Below, piece by piece: positions 38,619 through 50,627 of a stretch of DNA of 64,000 nt. Within the stretch, counting starts at the first letter, position 1. Each line of letters begins with the position of its first letter. The notes below the pieces were generated by a model that saw only the letters and a program-made list of their open reading frames with translations, did no database searches and was not told where the DNA came from. The translations under genes were made by a program, and so were the position numbers. Source of the stretch: Podarcis cretensis (lineage: Eukaryota); contig OX638149.1 in NCBI GenBank assembly GCA_951804945.1, forward strand, positions 83,018,001-83,082,000, given 5' to 3'.

Positions 38619-41600
38619 TCAACTGTGTGCTTGTGCAAACTCTTTCCGTAGCCAAAGAGAGTCCTGGTAGAAACGGGGATCTCCCAAGTGCACAGCCGTC
38701 CTCTTATAGAAGTAGTAGTACAGCACAGCCACTGCAACCAATCAGAAATAAGTCACAAGCCAGCAAGGTCAACACCTGTATCAACTTTACTAATTTTCTT
38801 ACATTCAACTTCACCATTATCCCCCTAGCTACATTCCCCCTGCTCCCTGTCCCATCTACTTTCTGTGGGGAAGCACAGATGGAACCAGCCTCATTGATAA
38901 ATTTTAAAGCTTTGCTCAGAAGTCACGACACAGGGGAGAAATGAAACAGCCTCATACCCATTCTCTGGAAAACAAAAAGAGTCTGCAGCCCATCTGTCCA
39001 CACAAAATAGTTGGAATTTTTCCAGCGAAGGTTCTGTGGGAAAGAAATGTACGAAACATTAAAGGCAGGAAATAGACTGTTCCTCCCAGAACAACACAAA
39101 ACAATACCAACCATCCTTTCAGCCTTTCTTCAGTGCCCCATCTTTCTACCAAATTCCTTCAGAAACATGGCTCCCATTTTCCTACTCCCAATAATTATTT
39201 ATATATTTGGGAAGCAGCAACATTCCTAACTCCTTCTCTTGAAAGTTCAGAGATTACTACAATCTCAAATTAACATTATAGAAACTATGCAACAATCCAG
39301 GACAATTAAGAAGGCCTGTGGTATCCCACTGGTGTGTCCCCTTCCTTCATCCCACTCAAGAAAGCTTCCACATTTTTTCCAAGTATAGTAAACCAGGACT
39401 TATGCAATTGTATCTATAAAAATATTTTCACAGATCAAATAAAAACCAAAAGTTGATCTACATTAAAGTTAGACACAATATTTGTTGAGCTTGTTGGAAA
39501 AAAAGAGTAATGATGTTAGTTCCACTACTAGAGAGTTTCCAAAACTCATGTTCCCAGTCATAATAGGCTATTCCAAGTCTTTCTTAACAGTTAAGCAACA
39601 GACACCACATGGAATCGATGCCAGCACTAGGAGCAGCTCAGGGAGCAAAGAAAGGTTAATCGGATCAGCAGATTTATACAGAACAACCAGACCTATTCTA
39701 GCTCTCAACAACTGATCACAGAAAATCCTCTTAAATCCTCCTGCCTCACCAAGCAAGGTTTAGGAAAGCAGTAGTATCCAACTTTCAAGCTAGATTGCTT
39801 CATCTAACTTCAAAGATGAGATATTAATTCCCTAAATATCAGATGACAAGATACTGGGACTTAACTACAATGTGTACCATTTTGTCCAGTGTATTCTAGG
39901 CAGGTTTACCATTTACAAATAATGGCATGCAAAGAAAGAGTAAAAAGAAAGAGTAAAAAAAGAGATGGGGAATGAAAAGGAAAATAGGCACACTAAGTTA
40001 TTCAAACTGGAAATGAGGTGAAATTGAAATAAATCTATTGTTAGCCTCCGTAAAGCCCTCACTCATCTAAAGAGAGCCAAAGAAATCCATATGGAGGTAC
40101 TAGACTATTGAGGCTGTAGATATGAGAAGGTTTTTGCCTTCAATGCAGTGAATTCATATCAGTGCTAGCACTGCTTTGGAATTTAAACATTCTAAGAAGC
40201 CAAGGGTGCTATACCACGAACTTTTATGACTCTTTGGCAATATAGCCCATCAACAGTGGTAAATCATTGCATGTCAATGACACCTGTTCATTGTAGTTGT
40301 TTGCTCCACTGAACAAAATTTGGACTGAATTGAAATATGTATCCTTCAGTTAGGCAGCTGGATAGCAAGACACACGAAGAACCAGGAATAAGGACCTCGT
40401 TTTTAAATCCAACATCTGTTGATATTTGAAAAGTAAATCACACAGATCATTGCCTTTTGCGACAACAGCAAAAACGCTGAGTGCTTACAATGGATCAGGG
40501 TGTCAAACAGAAAATACAGTTTGATCAACCAAATATACTTCCTGGCCACTGTTCCAAGACAACTTTTGCACAGCTTCCTGACACTTCCAAATACCCTGGA
40601 AACCTACAAATCTTTTGTCCCAAATGCTTCTGTCCTCCTTCCCTTTAATTACCCAAATTACAGTGACCTCTGTTAAACTTCACAAATCTGTCCAGGAAAA
40701 AAGGTGAATGATATAACAGTTATTAAAGCTCAAGATATGTGATATAGGACAAATGCCCAGGCACACTGCCTAGAAGGACAAGACAAACCTAGAAGATAAC
40801 TACAGAACCGAGCAAATAGAGCCAGAACAAAGAATATATTGCTCATTCTATGAGATTTCAATGATCCAATGGGCTCACCCCAATCAAATAATAGCATAGC
40901 AAGATTCAATGGAATAATGGGCTGTGAACAATGCTGCAGCCAAGAAACTTACTTATACAGCCAATGATCAATAAATTAGAGAGGCCACCTTTATACAATA
41001 TTACAAAATAGTAGTAAGCATATGACATTTCAACCAGACTTCACTAGGACTACACTAATGCCAGTACTGAGCAAATTAGTGAGTTACATTCCAATACTCC
41101 ATTTGTGTCCATAGCTGCAGCTGCAAATCAGCATGGTAGTCATGTAGTCATGACAAAACTGCAGATAAAGTCTGGAAGTCTGTTATAAGAAACAAAAGAT
41201 AAATTTTCTTGTTGGTTCTTTTGAAAAAGATATCAGCCTTCCTTATTGTTGGGATTGTTTGTTTTTGCTTCTTAAAATAAGAAAGAGTTAAAAGATTAAG
41301 AAGAGATTCTGCTACAAGCATATTGAGCAGTGTAAAGGGATACAAAGTCTATACAGTGGTACCTCGGGTTAAGTACTTAATTCATTCCGGGGGTCTGTTC
41401 TTAACCTGAAATTGTTCTTAACCTGAAGCACCACTTTAGCTAATGAGGCCTCCTGCTGCCGCCGCGCTGCTGGAGCACAATTTCTGTTCTCATCTTGAAG
41501 CAAAGTTCTTAACCTGAGGTACTATTTCTGGGTTAGCAGAGTCTGTAACCTGAAGCGTATGTAACGTGAAGCGTATGTAACCTGAGGTACCACTGTACAT

Positions 41601-44600
41601 TACATTGAAAAGATGTGAAGACAGCATGAAGGGGAAATGTTTTGGTGCATTAAGCAACAAGAGAAACCAGAAAATTGGGCGGTGGGGGGGATCTGAAGGC
41701 ACAGCTTCCAAATCATAAGAAGTGCCAGTAAACCAAGTCAAGCAAATGTTAATAACCACTCAACTTACACATAATCACATGTACACAACAAGCTTGCCCT
41801 CAGTAAAAACCATAAGAGGGCAACTGTGATGCAGGATGCAATACATTAATTTAGGGTGCTTTGTGTGATTTGCTATCACATGAATACAGTATTAACAAAA
41901 CATACAATAGACCACTTAAATGACAGCTTAGGCAATTATTGCAAGGCCAATCATTTTTCATGGATCTCAGACACAGATATCTAAAAAGAATAAATTAATG
42001 TGAGCAGAAGTCAGTGTAACAAGATGTCCGAAGAAAGCAAGAATAATGGAGCACACTGTAAATTATGCTCATCAAGAACAAAAGAAAAGTGTGCTTGTTC
42101 AAAAAGATCTTAGAAAAAGAAGTGATTGGTATGTATGCAAGAAGTCCAGGGTGTGATGTTGAAGAACAAAGGACAGCTGAGAAAAACAGAACTGCCCAAA
42201 GGGGAAAACAAACACTGGTCAAAGAAGATTGTAAGGCCTCCTGTATCCAGCTAACCATATCAATAGGAAATTCTAGCTGTATACTGACAAGATTCTGAAA
42301 GGTTGGAAGGTGAATTAGCATGCCAAGCCACAATAATATATTGCATTATAACAGCTGCAACAGCTATGACCCTTTCCAGTTTATCCTGTTTCATCAGACG
42401 AGCTTTTAAATGTCTTAACTGAAGGCAGCCCTCTTTAGGGAAGTTTTTAATGTCTAATGCTGTATTGTTTTTAATATTCAGTTGGAAGCTGCCCAGAGTG
42501 GCTGGGGAAACCCAGCCAGATGGGCGGGGTATAAATAATAAATTATTATTATTATTAAATACTATTTGGTTTATCTAATCCAACTCCTTCCCAGGTCTTT
42601 ATTCCTGGGAACTCCTCAGCCAATTCAATGAGGCAGCTACTGTTCTACAAATTCTGCACACATTATTTATCACACCGAAGTTGGTACAAAAACCTGAGCT
42701 TCTTTTAAAAATATAATGGGTGTTGAAACAAATTTGGAAATCCACAGGTGGTGTTTGCAAGGGATTCCTAGGGTTTAATAGAGAGAACTTCTATCTCTTC
42801 CACAGCTACCTGTCCTAACCTAATCTGTTAGTTTCTTCTATTCATCCCTGTTCTTGCACAATATTTCTTCCATTTACCATACTGCTTTTTTGTTACATGC
42901 AGACCTCCATATTAAAAAACTACACAGTGCAGAACCTGGGGGGAGCATAAAATAAAGTTTGTTTCAATGTGTGTTTTCTTTGCTTGCACAATTACTCCTA
43001 TATTCAGAATTTGGGCTTCCTTGCTAACCAGTATAAGCAATCCTCTCCTGCCTTACCATGACCCAGATGTGGAAGGATATGCTCAAACCAAGGTATGTTG
43101 CTGACAAGACAATGGTCCCTTTAAATTTCTGGAACAGAAGATTAACCAGGCCAGCCTGGAAGACGAAGGTATTGAAGAACATGAGGAAGATGATGATGAC
43201 ATTGAAGAGGATGGCAATATCCTGAATGCTGTAAGACAGGCAAACATTTTAATGAGACAGAGATTGATAGATACCTTATACACAGAGGTGTACCTAGGTT
43301 CCCTTGCATCCTTGCCAAGGAGCTATATATCATCACACACACATCCTGGTCCCTTGCACAATTGCATTTCTCCACCAAAGCACCCACAGGAGCCTGCATG
43401 CTTTGCCTAAAGGTAAAGGTAAAGGTACCCCTGCCCGTATGGGCCAGTCTTGACAGACTCTGGGGTTGTGCGCCCATCTCACTTAAGAGGCCAGGGGCCA
43501 GCGCTGTCCGGAGACACTTCCGGGTCACTTGGCCAGCGTGACATCGCTGCTCTGGCGAGCCAGAGCCGCACACGGAAAAGCCGTTTACCTTCCCGCTGGT
43601 AAGCGGTCCCTATTTATCTACTTGCACCCGGAGGTGCTTTCGAACTGCTAGGTTGGCAGGCGCTGGGACCGAGCAGCGGGAGCGCACCCCGCCGCAGGGA
43701 TTCGAACCGCCGACCTTTCGATCGGCAAGTCCTAGGCGCTGAGGCTTTAACCCACAGCGCCACCTGCGTCCCAGCATGCTTTGCCTAGCCACCCATAATA
43801 TTGAAAGAGTGGCCCGGCCCAGGGAGCACACGAACAGACGAGCAAGTTCCTAGCCACTCCAAGCCAGAGTGGAGAGGCACAATTTTTGTGCACACACTCC
43901 AGGCCTGCACCCTTGGCAGGGGCTCACCTAACCAACTCCTAGGTATGCCCCTGCTTGTGGCTCTCCAAATACTACTGGACACCAGCTCCCCACCATCACC
44001 CATGGTCAGAGATAATGGGAGTTGTGGTCCAGCAACTTTTGGAGGGCCACAGACTCCCCACAACTGTGGCTAAAGCCTAGTACTTGGAGAACAAAAAGCA
44101 CATTAACATAGCTGCAGAAGTTTTCACTGTCCATGCTGCCAACTGAGACATTAGTCCACCAATTGCAGAGGAAAGGGAACCCCAAAACCCTTGCTAGAAG
44201 ATTACAATGGAAATAATACCTGCTGCAGCTACCTCTATTTCCCCCCTGCTTATCACTCATTCTCATAATCTGGGGGTAGAACTTTATGTAGTGGCAATTG
44301 AACTAATAGCTGCTAATACCCACAGAGAAAATATAGAATGAATGGATTATAATAGCACCACCCTTTTAAAAATATCATTCAACACAATATAGCCTATTAA
44401 CTGCCGATGTTTCAGGAGTAGGGAAAGAATAATAATTTTCTTGGTATCTTTTATTCTACTTCATTGCTCCATTTGTCTCTTCTCTGGCACTCTCTTCTTC
44501 CCATTTTCCTGAATGAGAGTGTCCCAAGAAGAGTAGAAACAAACAGAAAGGGCATTCCTGTGCATGTTTACTCAAAAAAGTTCCACTGTGTTCAATGTGG

Positions 44601-45116
44601 CAAATTCTCTGTAATCCTAAGCACATTTACTATGGATCAAGTCCTCTTGTATACATAAAGGCTTAAGCTGCAATTCTATGCACACTTACACAACAGTAAG
44701 CATGACTGAAAACAATGGGACTTCCTTCAGAGTCCACATAATATATAAGATTGCACTGGTGCTCCCGAGTAGACATACTAACCATCTATTCTCCATTCCA
44801 AATCACTTACCGTACTCAAGCACTAGTCTACAGTTCTATCCAAGGACCTGATGAGTAACCACATTTTTGATCCCTACAGCTTATTTAAGAGCTCATAGCA
44901 CTGTTGAGCATCTTTTCAGAGACAAACGTATACAAGCCCTTTAAAAAAACCAGACAGTGACAAGCATCCACTGTTGTGCCATACTCACATGAAAAGCACA
45001 AGCTGGATGACGGGCGCCATGCGCAGCAGCTCTGAGAAGGAGTTGACAAAGAGGTCATAGAACAGCAGTAGGAACTGCAAGGAAAGCACCAGGCTATAGT
45101 TGCTGGTTTGGAGCAT
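38619..45116 (-). CDS. TMEM138: Transmembrane protein 138 (ciliary), 162 aa
   Basis: Exons 45116-44989, 43228-43057, 39033-38958, 38731-38619 total 489 nt. Translation [31 protein letters not shown]...[28 protein letters not shown]...NLRWKNSN...[24 protein letters not shown]. Non-coding exon 1 ends at 45812, exon 2 starts at 45239; AATAAA (-) at 38048-38053. Confidence 0.96.
41354..41595 (+). mobile_element. Tc1/mariner-type MITE
   Basis: TIRs CAGTGGTACCTC...GAGGTACCACTG, TA on both sides, internal AACCTGAA repeats. Confidence 0.85.
43410..43773 (-). mobile_element. Sauria SINE, full length, in a TMEM138 intron
   Basis: Head with A/B boxes and ACCTTT tail on the minus strand; 14-bp TSD GCATGCTTTGCCTA (43396-43409 and 43774-43787). 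Confidence 0.9.
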
Positions 45117-45599
45117 CTTCCTTGCCTCAGTGTCTGCATCCCAGATGAGAGGGACACCTCATGCTCACGCAACAGACGGATACAAACTTTTTCCTCCAGC
45201 ACAATCACTCATAGCTCCCTTTGGGCAGAGACCTGGAACCTGCAGAAACACCAGGTGGGGGAAAGAGGGAGAATAAGGTGAACAACACTTGCAATAATAG
45301 CGGGGAGGGGAAGGGCATCACAAATCTGGAGCATACCACACACAATCTAGCACTGGAGAGCAAATATAAACCAGTCAAAAATACAAACAATGAATAAGAA
45401 TCCCTTTGTTGAAGTAAGACCGGTTGCACCGTTAACTGCTATTGCCTAACACTGTTCTTAACACTTTCCCGTGAACTAAGAACTTTACTCTTGCTGCCCC
45501 TCCGCGGCTTTTCTCCTATTGCTACACAGGGGAAAGCAAGGCACGAGGGTGGGTGGCGAGGGCTGACTGGCCACAGCCACCTCCAAGGGGCTGCAAAAG

Positions 45600-46060
45600 G
45601 CGCTTTTTCTTCCTGGGCAACACGGATGCAAGCGCCACAGACCTCATCTCCTTGGTCATCAAGATTTCGATCCGGGTACACGCGATCTCGTTCTGTGGGC
45701 TCCCAAGCGCCCTCGACCTCACACTCCCCGTGTTAAGTAACGGGGCACGACAGGTCGCGAAAGACAGGCCCGTCGCTGCTCCAGCTCGCGCTCTTTGCTC
45801 CCGGCCCTCACCTGGCGCGGCAGTTGCCCGTTCCCATGGAGACGGCGCAGCCACTCAGGGGAGCGTAGGAGGCAGCCTGGACGGAAGCTGCCGCGCTTGC
45901 AGTCACGGTCACAGAGTTGTAAATGACAGAGCGGACGGAGAATCGCGTCGCCCGGATAGGAAACTTCCGCCCTGCCTCTGGAAGCCATTTATAAAGTCTT
46001 CCACGGGGCGGAAGTGGATGCATCTTGAAGAAACCCGTGATTCTACAGCGGCTTAGAGGG
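45600..46060 (-). promoter_or_regulatory. TMEM138 CpG-island promoter and exon 1 with X-box
   Basis: GTTCCCATGGAGAC at 45830-45843; ETS sites near 45962 and 46008; exon 1 donor at 45811. Confidence 0.75.
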
Positions 46061-46849
46061 GACTACTTTTTTGCTGCTTGGTTGTTGTTTTTAAATATAT
46101 ATATATTAAAACATGGCCCAGCACACTCGGATCACATTTCCCCATCTCTAAATTGTGTGTGTCGGGGTTTGTGGCTTGGAGAGCCCTGCAAGGACACTAT
46201 TAATGGTGCAGGTCAGAAGTAGCACGAACGTTTGCATTTGCAGGTTACAGGAGTCTAGTTCATTTGCCTCTTCATACCACCCTCATCCACTAAACTCCGT
46301 AGACTCCACGCTACACTCGCAAATGTTTACAAGGGTGCGCGCGCGCCTCTCACCTGATACAAGAACCCGAGTTAGAAAGATTATAGACGCCTCTCTTTGC
46401 TGCTACTTTTTGTTCGTTATGTGGGCATCTGCTTCCCAACCATTGCTAAAGTAAAATCTTCAATTTCTCCTTTGATTTCTATGAGCAGCTGAAATTCCGC
46501 GTGCAGACGACGACCGCTGACGCTCTTTTTTTCTATTTGTATGATACATGGCGCGGAGGGCGAGTTTTTTTGTTTTTGCCTTTATATACCCTTTGCCGCT
46601 GATCTGGCTTTTGAGCTTTTCTGGTGGGTTATTACCACTTCGGTGCGAAAGAAAGAATTCTCTTCCTTCCTTCGGTCTCCTTCAGCGCACTAAACTGGGA
46701 CTTCCAGCAGCTGAGACGCATTCCACAATTTGATGAAATCAGTCCGTGTTTATTGCCTCAATTTTTAAAAATACAGACAGTCATTCCAGTGGAATCAGAC
46801 CACCAGAAATCTATTTTTGTTTTGATATCACAGCTACAGGAGCGAAATC

Positions 46850-47650
46850 CTGCAGCGCGATTTCAGCAGATTAAGGGGCACCTAACGCCGCTGCCAGTCT
46901 ACAATAATAACTTATTGGCGTGGAACAGGGAGTTATAGAAAAGGTTGCCAACCTCAACCTGACAAAGCTCCTCCTTTGCCTTCAGCTCTTGCTGTGTGAC
47001 ACTCAAAACTTCGTCACGTGACGCGTTTCCTATTAATACACCTGCATACATACCTGCAATATACCTATACCAGCTCAATTTGCTGGGCACTTAGGCATCC
47101 AGGAAGTCCCTCATCTCTTTGACGCAAGGGAAAACAGTAATGACGGATGCACCTAGGTACATTGCAAAGGCAGAAGCAAACGAAAAAGCTTGTAAAGCTC
47201 CTTAAATGAGAACTTTCCCGGCTCGATTCCCCGCCGTCTTCATGCCCAGCAATATACTGTACAGTATTGTACAGATCTTGCTGAGAAAACTACATTTCCC
47301 AGAAACCCGTCGTGGCGTTGGCTGGGCAGTGCCATAAACTTCGTCTAGACTAGTCTGGAGTGCCTCCTGTCATGAGCAGAGACGATGGAGCTGAAGGGGA
47401 CCTGGAGCTTTGGAACTACTTTTCCCGGCGCTCCCCGCGACTCAGGCGGAAGCGAGGTGTGAGCTGTTGCTTGTATTTCTCGGTTCTTTGGGTGCGTGGT
47501 CGCAGCTGGGTCGCGAAAGCAAACCCTCTTGCGGCTGTTCTTAGGCGCTTCCCTGCAAGGGGCGATCCCGCTACCCATTTATAAGTTATGCTATCTAGCA
47601 AGTGTCACTTCCTTATTGCTCCTCATATGTGCTTTAATGGCGCGGTCAGG
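46850..47650 (+). promoter_or_regulatory. Probable CYB561A3 promoter (CLEAR/E-box and ZNF143-type sites)
   Basis: CGTCACGTGACG at 47012-47023, ACTACATTTCCCAGAAACC at 47289-47307, a second ACTACTTTTCCCGG near 47414, CpG-rich, candidate exon-1 donor GTGAGC at 47459. Confidence 0.6.
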
Positions 47651-48879
47651 GGTGTGCACTGGGCAGCAGAACCCGCAGTGCTTGAAACTGCTTGCAAGTT
47701 GCTCTCTGGAACTGCTGTGGGTTCAGCTTCGCTCGACAGCCTGGATCCAATAGATGTTTCGTGTGCTAGTTGAACAGAGATGCGACCGGGGATCCTGCAG
47801 CCCTGCAGGTGCTTCTGGACTCCAGCTCCCATCAGCCTCAGCCACAAGGGGGAGGTGGCCTGGGTGATGAGAGTTGTAGTCTATCAGTATCTGGAGAGGT
47901 GCCCCAGTTGTGCAAGGTAACTGTACTGTATGTGGCTTAGGAAGGCTGTTGCCGCAGCAAACCAATTTATCGCTTAAATGCCAGCAGCTTTCTTGCGGCA
48001 GAGCACTGGACGTCACGGGACTTCGTGCTTTATTGTTAACTTTATGAGGCTGGAGTTGGTTCCTTGTTCAGCACGCATGAGGGAGCAGGATGAATATGGA
48101 ACTGACGTTTGCACACTTCTGCGCCTTGCGATAAGTTGTCAGCAGCCGCGTTTCACTGCCAGCGTCACCCCGAGAGACTGCCAGCTATAAGTAGTGCCAG
48201 CTTAGCATTCTCTCCCATCCGAGGTTTGTTTTTGTTTTTGTTTTGCATTGGCTGCCGTTATGTTCATGAAACCGAGAGGCGGTGAAATTCAAGGCTAAAA
48301 GACGGGGTAGTTTGTCACAAGTTAAATCTGTTCACCAGTCGATGCCAGAAATTATTCTAATTTAAATATCGACCTACAAGTGCTTAAAGGAAAGCAAAAA
48401 CAGCAACCACCTGGTGCGATTTTCAAAAGGGGCTCTTTGGCATGGTAGTGCATCAGTGTTTATTAGTTCTTGTTAGAGTGGCCATTTTCTGCTCTTCTCT
48501 TTGACCCTGCTTATACTTTGCAGTAAAGTACTTTGCAGACTGTAAGTAAAAAGGTTGATCATAAAGATAAATGATTCTAGTCAGGTAGCTGGTCAAAACA
48601 TGTTAGCAAAACCATATTTTGAATGAAACATTTCCAAAGTTGGCTGTAGTTTCTATGTATTTCTTTTTTTATCTTACACCTACTTACCCTTGATGTTTAC
48701 ACTTCCTTTCCTAAGGGTGTTTTAATACTTTGTTCTAAATCTATTGATGGGGTTATTTTGTGTGTGTGTGTATGTTGTTATGAATTTGTGGGGTGAGAGA
48801 CACTCTAAATTCCTGGGTCCAATAAAAGTTAGAATTAATCAAGGACTGCCGAGCACTGAACCACTGGAATATTAACATT

Positions 48880-48929
<50 letters not shown>
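48880..48929. repeat. (AAC)n microsatellite
   Basis: About 16 perfect AAC units. Confidence 0.95.
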
Positions 48930-48930
<1 letters not shown>

Positions 48931-50627
48931 TATTCTATACTGCCCTTCATCCAAGGATCACAGGGTGGTTTAAAATATAAAAGCACCAAAAAGGCGGTCA
49001 AAGCACAATGTGGGCTGACAGGTTGAATCCAGCGTGGCAGCAGTGGTAGAAACAGGGCCCTCCTGAACTGTAAAACTCCCCCTATAATTGTGGGAATTAT
49101 AGTTTGTAAAGGGTGCTGTGAATTGTAGCTCGGTGAGAGGCAAACTACAATTCCCAAGCTTATTTTGAGGAAGCCATGAGCTTTGAATGTAAATGTATGG
49201 TGTGGCTGTTACCCCAAACTGAACTGGCAACTTTAAACAATTTTTTTTGTGGGCTATGCCCCCACAGAAACCACACAGGACACAGCTGCTCAGCAGCTTT
49301 CACTTTTGCATCAGCACATTTTCCTCTTGGGGTACGTGGTGAGTTAATGGCACAAAAGTTTCAGTAGAACTCTCCAATTCATGACAAGATGCTAGTAGAA
49401 GTTGCCAGCCATCCAAACTGAGAGTCTGGCTGCAGTTAGACAAGAGACTTGTTTGTTTGTTTTTAAAGACCCTAGATTGTCACTCACTTAACTTCCAGCC
49501 CACCTTTGCACTGTGAAGAGCAATGTTTCAGTCACTCCCATAGTCTTTTAATGCACACACTCTGCAAGCTTCTCACTTCTGCCTTGAAAGCAGAAGTTGG
49601 GATGATCTTGTGACCGTTGTCTCCCTCCAGGACCCAGTGGTTGCAGGTGCAGCATCTGTGCAGGGCTGCTGGGTTGGTAGAAAAAGTCTGTGGTTTGCAC
49701 TATTCACTCTGGGGACAGTTTGTAATTAAATTTGAAATCTAATGTGAGGCTATCTGTTTTCTTATGCAATTGACTGCAGTGACCTTTATTTTTGGCTGAA
49801 ACTCAGCTATGGCTCTTAGATCAAGTTGGATCCAGTAGTAGCCAATCTAATTTCACTTTATGAGTGCCAGTGTTGCTTACACAAAAGTTTGCCTTGGTTC
49901 ACAGAAGAGCCTTGGATATCAGAATTGGACATAACACATGGTATCTGCTGCCTACCTAGATTTAACTAAATTGGAGTTGCATCCTGCCAGATCATATGAT
50001 CAATTCAGTGTAGGTTTTGGTTCCTGATCAACAACTGTGGGACTGTTTTGTTTCTCTGGAAACTTTCTCTTCAGTAACATGTGTACTCCTTTGGTTTTTC
50101 TGTGTGACTTGACTTTGGGAAGTATGGAATCATCAGTACCATTTACTTTCCGAAGGAAGTAATTGTGCCTCCTTCTATTAGTGGACAGGGGCTGCAGACA
50201 GTAGAAGCCCCTGCTGACACAGTTGGATATAGTCTGTGAGGTGTGTTATCCCATTGGGCAAGCTGCTGGTAACTGCCAACCTTGACTTTTGAGAGAATAG
50301 TGGTTAGAATGTTAATTGCCTTAACCAGCCTGGGGAAATTCCAGATCTACCTTCCACTTAGCTGTGAAGTTTTGATGTTTCATGGTCTGTGGTGGACATA
50401 CTATTGAAATCAGTTCCTCTGACCCAGCATCTGAGACTCCACCCTATTTTGGGTTACAAAACTGTGTGACAGAAAAACAGTTCTCTGCTGAAGGGAGGAA
50501 AGCAGAACTAGGTAGTAAGGAAAGGGAGGAGGCAAAAATCTTGCTGGTGCCAGAACCAGCAGATGTTTGGATAGCTTTTACAGCTAGCTGGTCTCTTGCC
50601 TTCTCAGGTGTGCTCCCTGTGAACAGG

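Noticed and set aside
45439-46056. ORF cluster up to 167 aa at the TMEM138 promoter
   Set aside because: Same CpG-island effect; overlaps non-coding exon 1.
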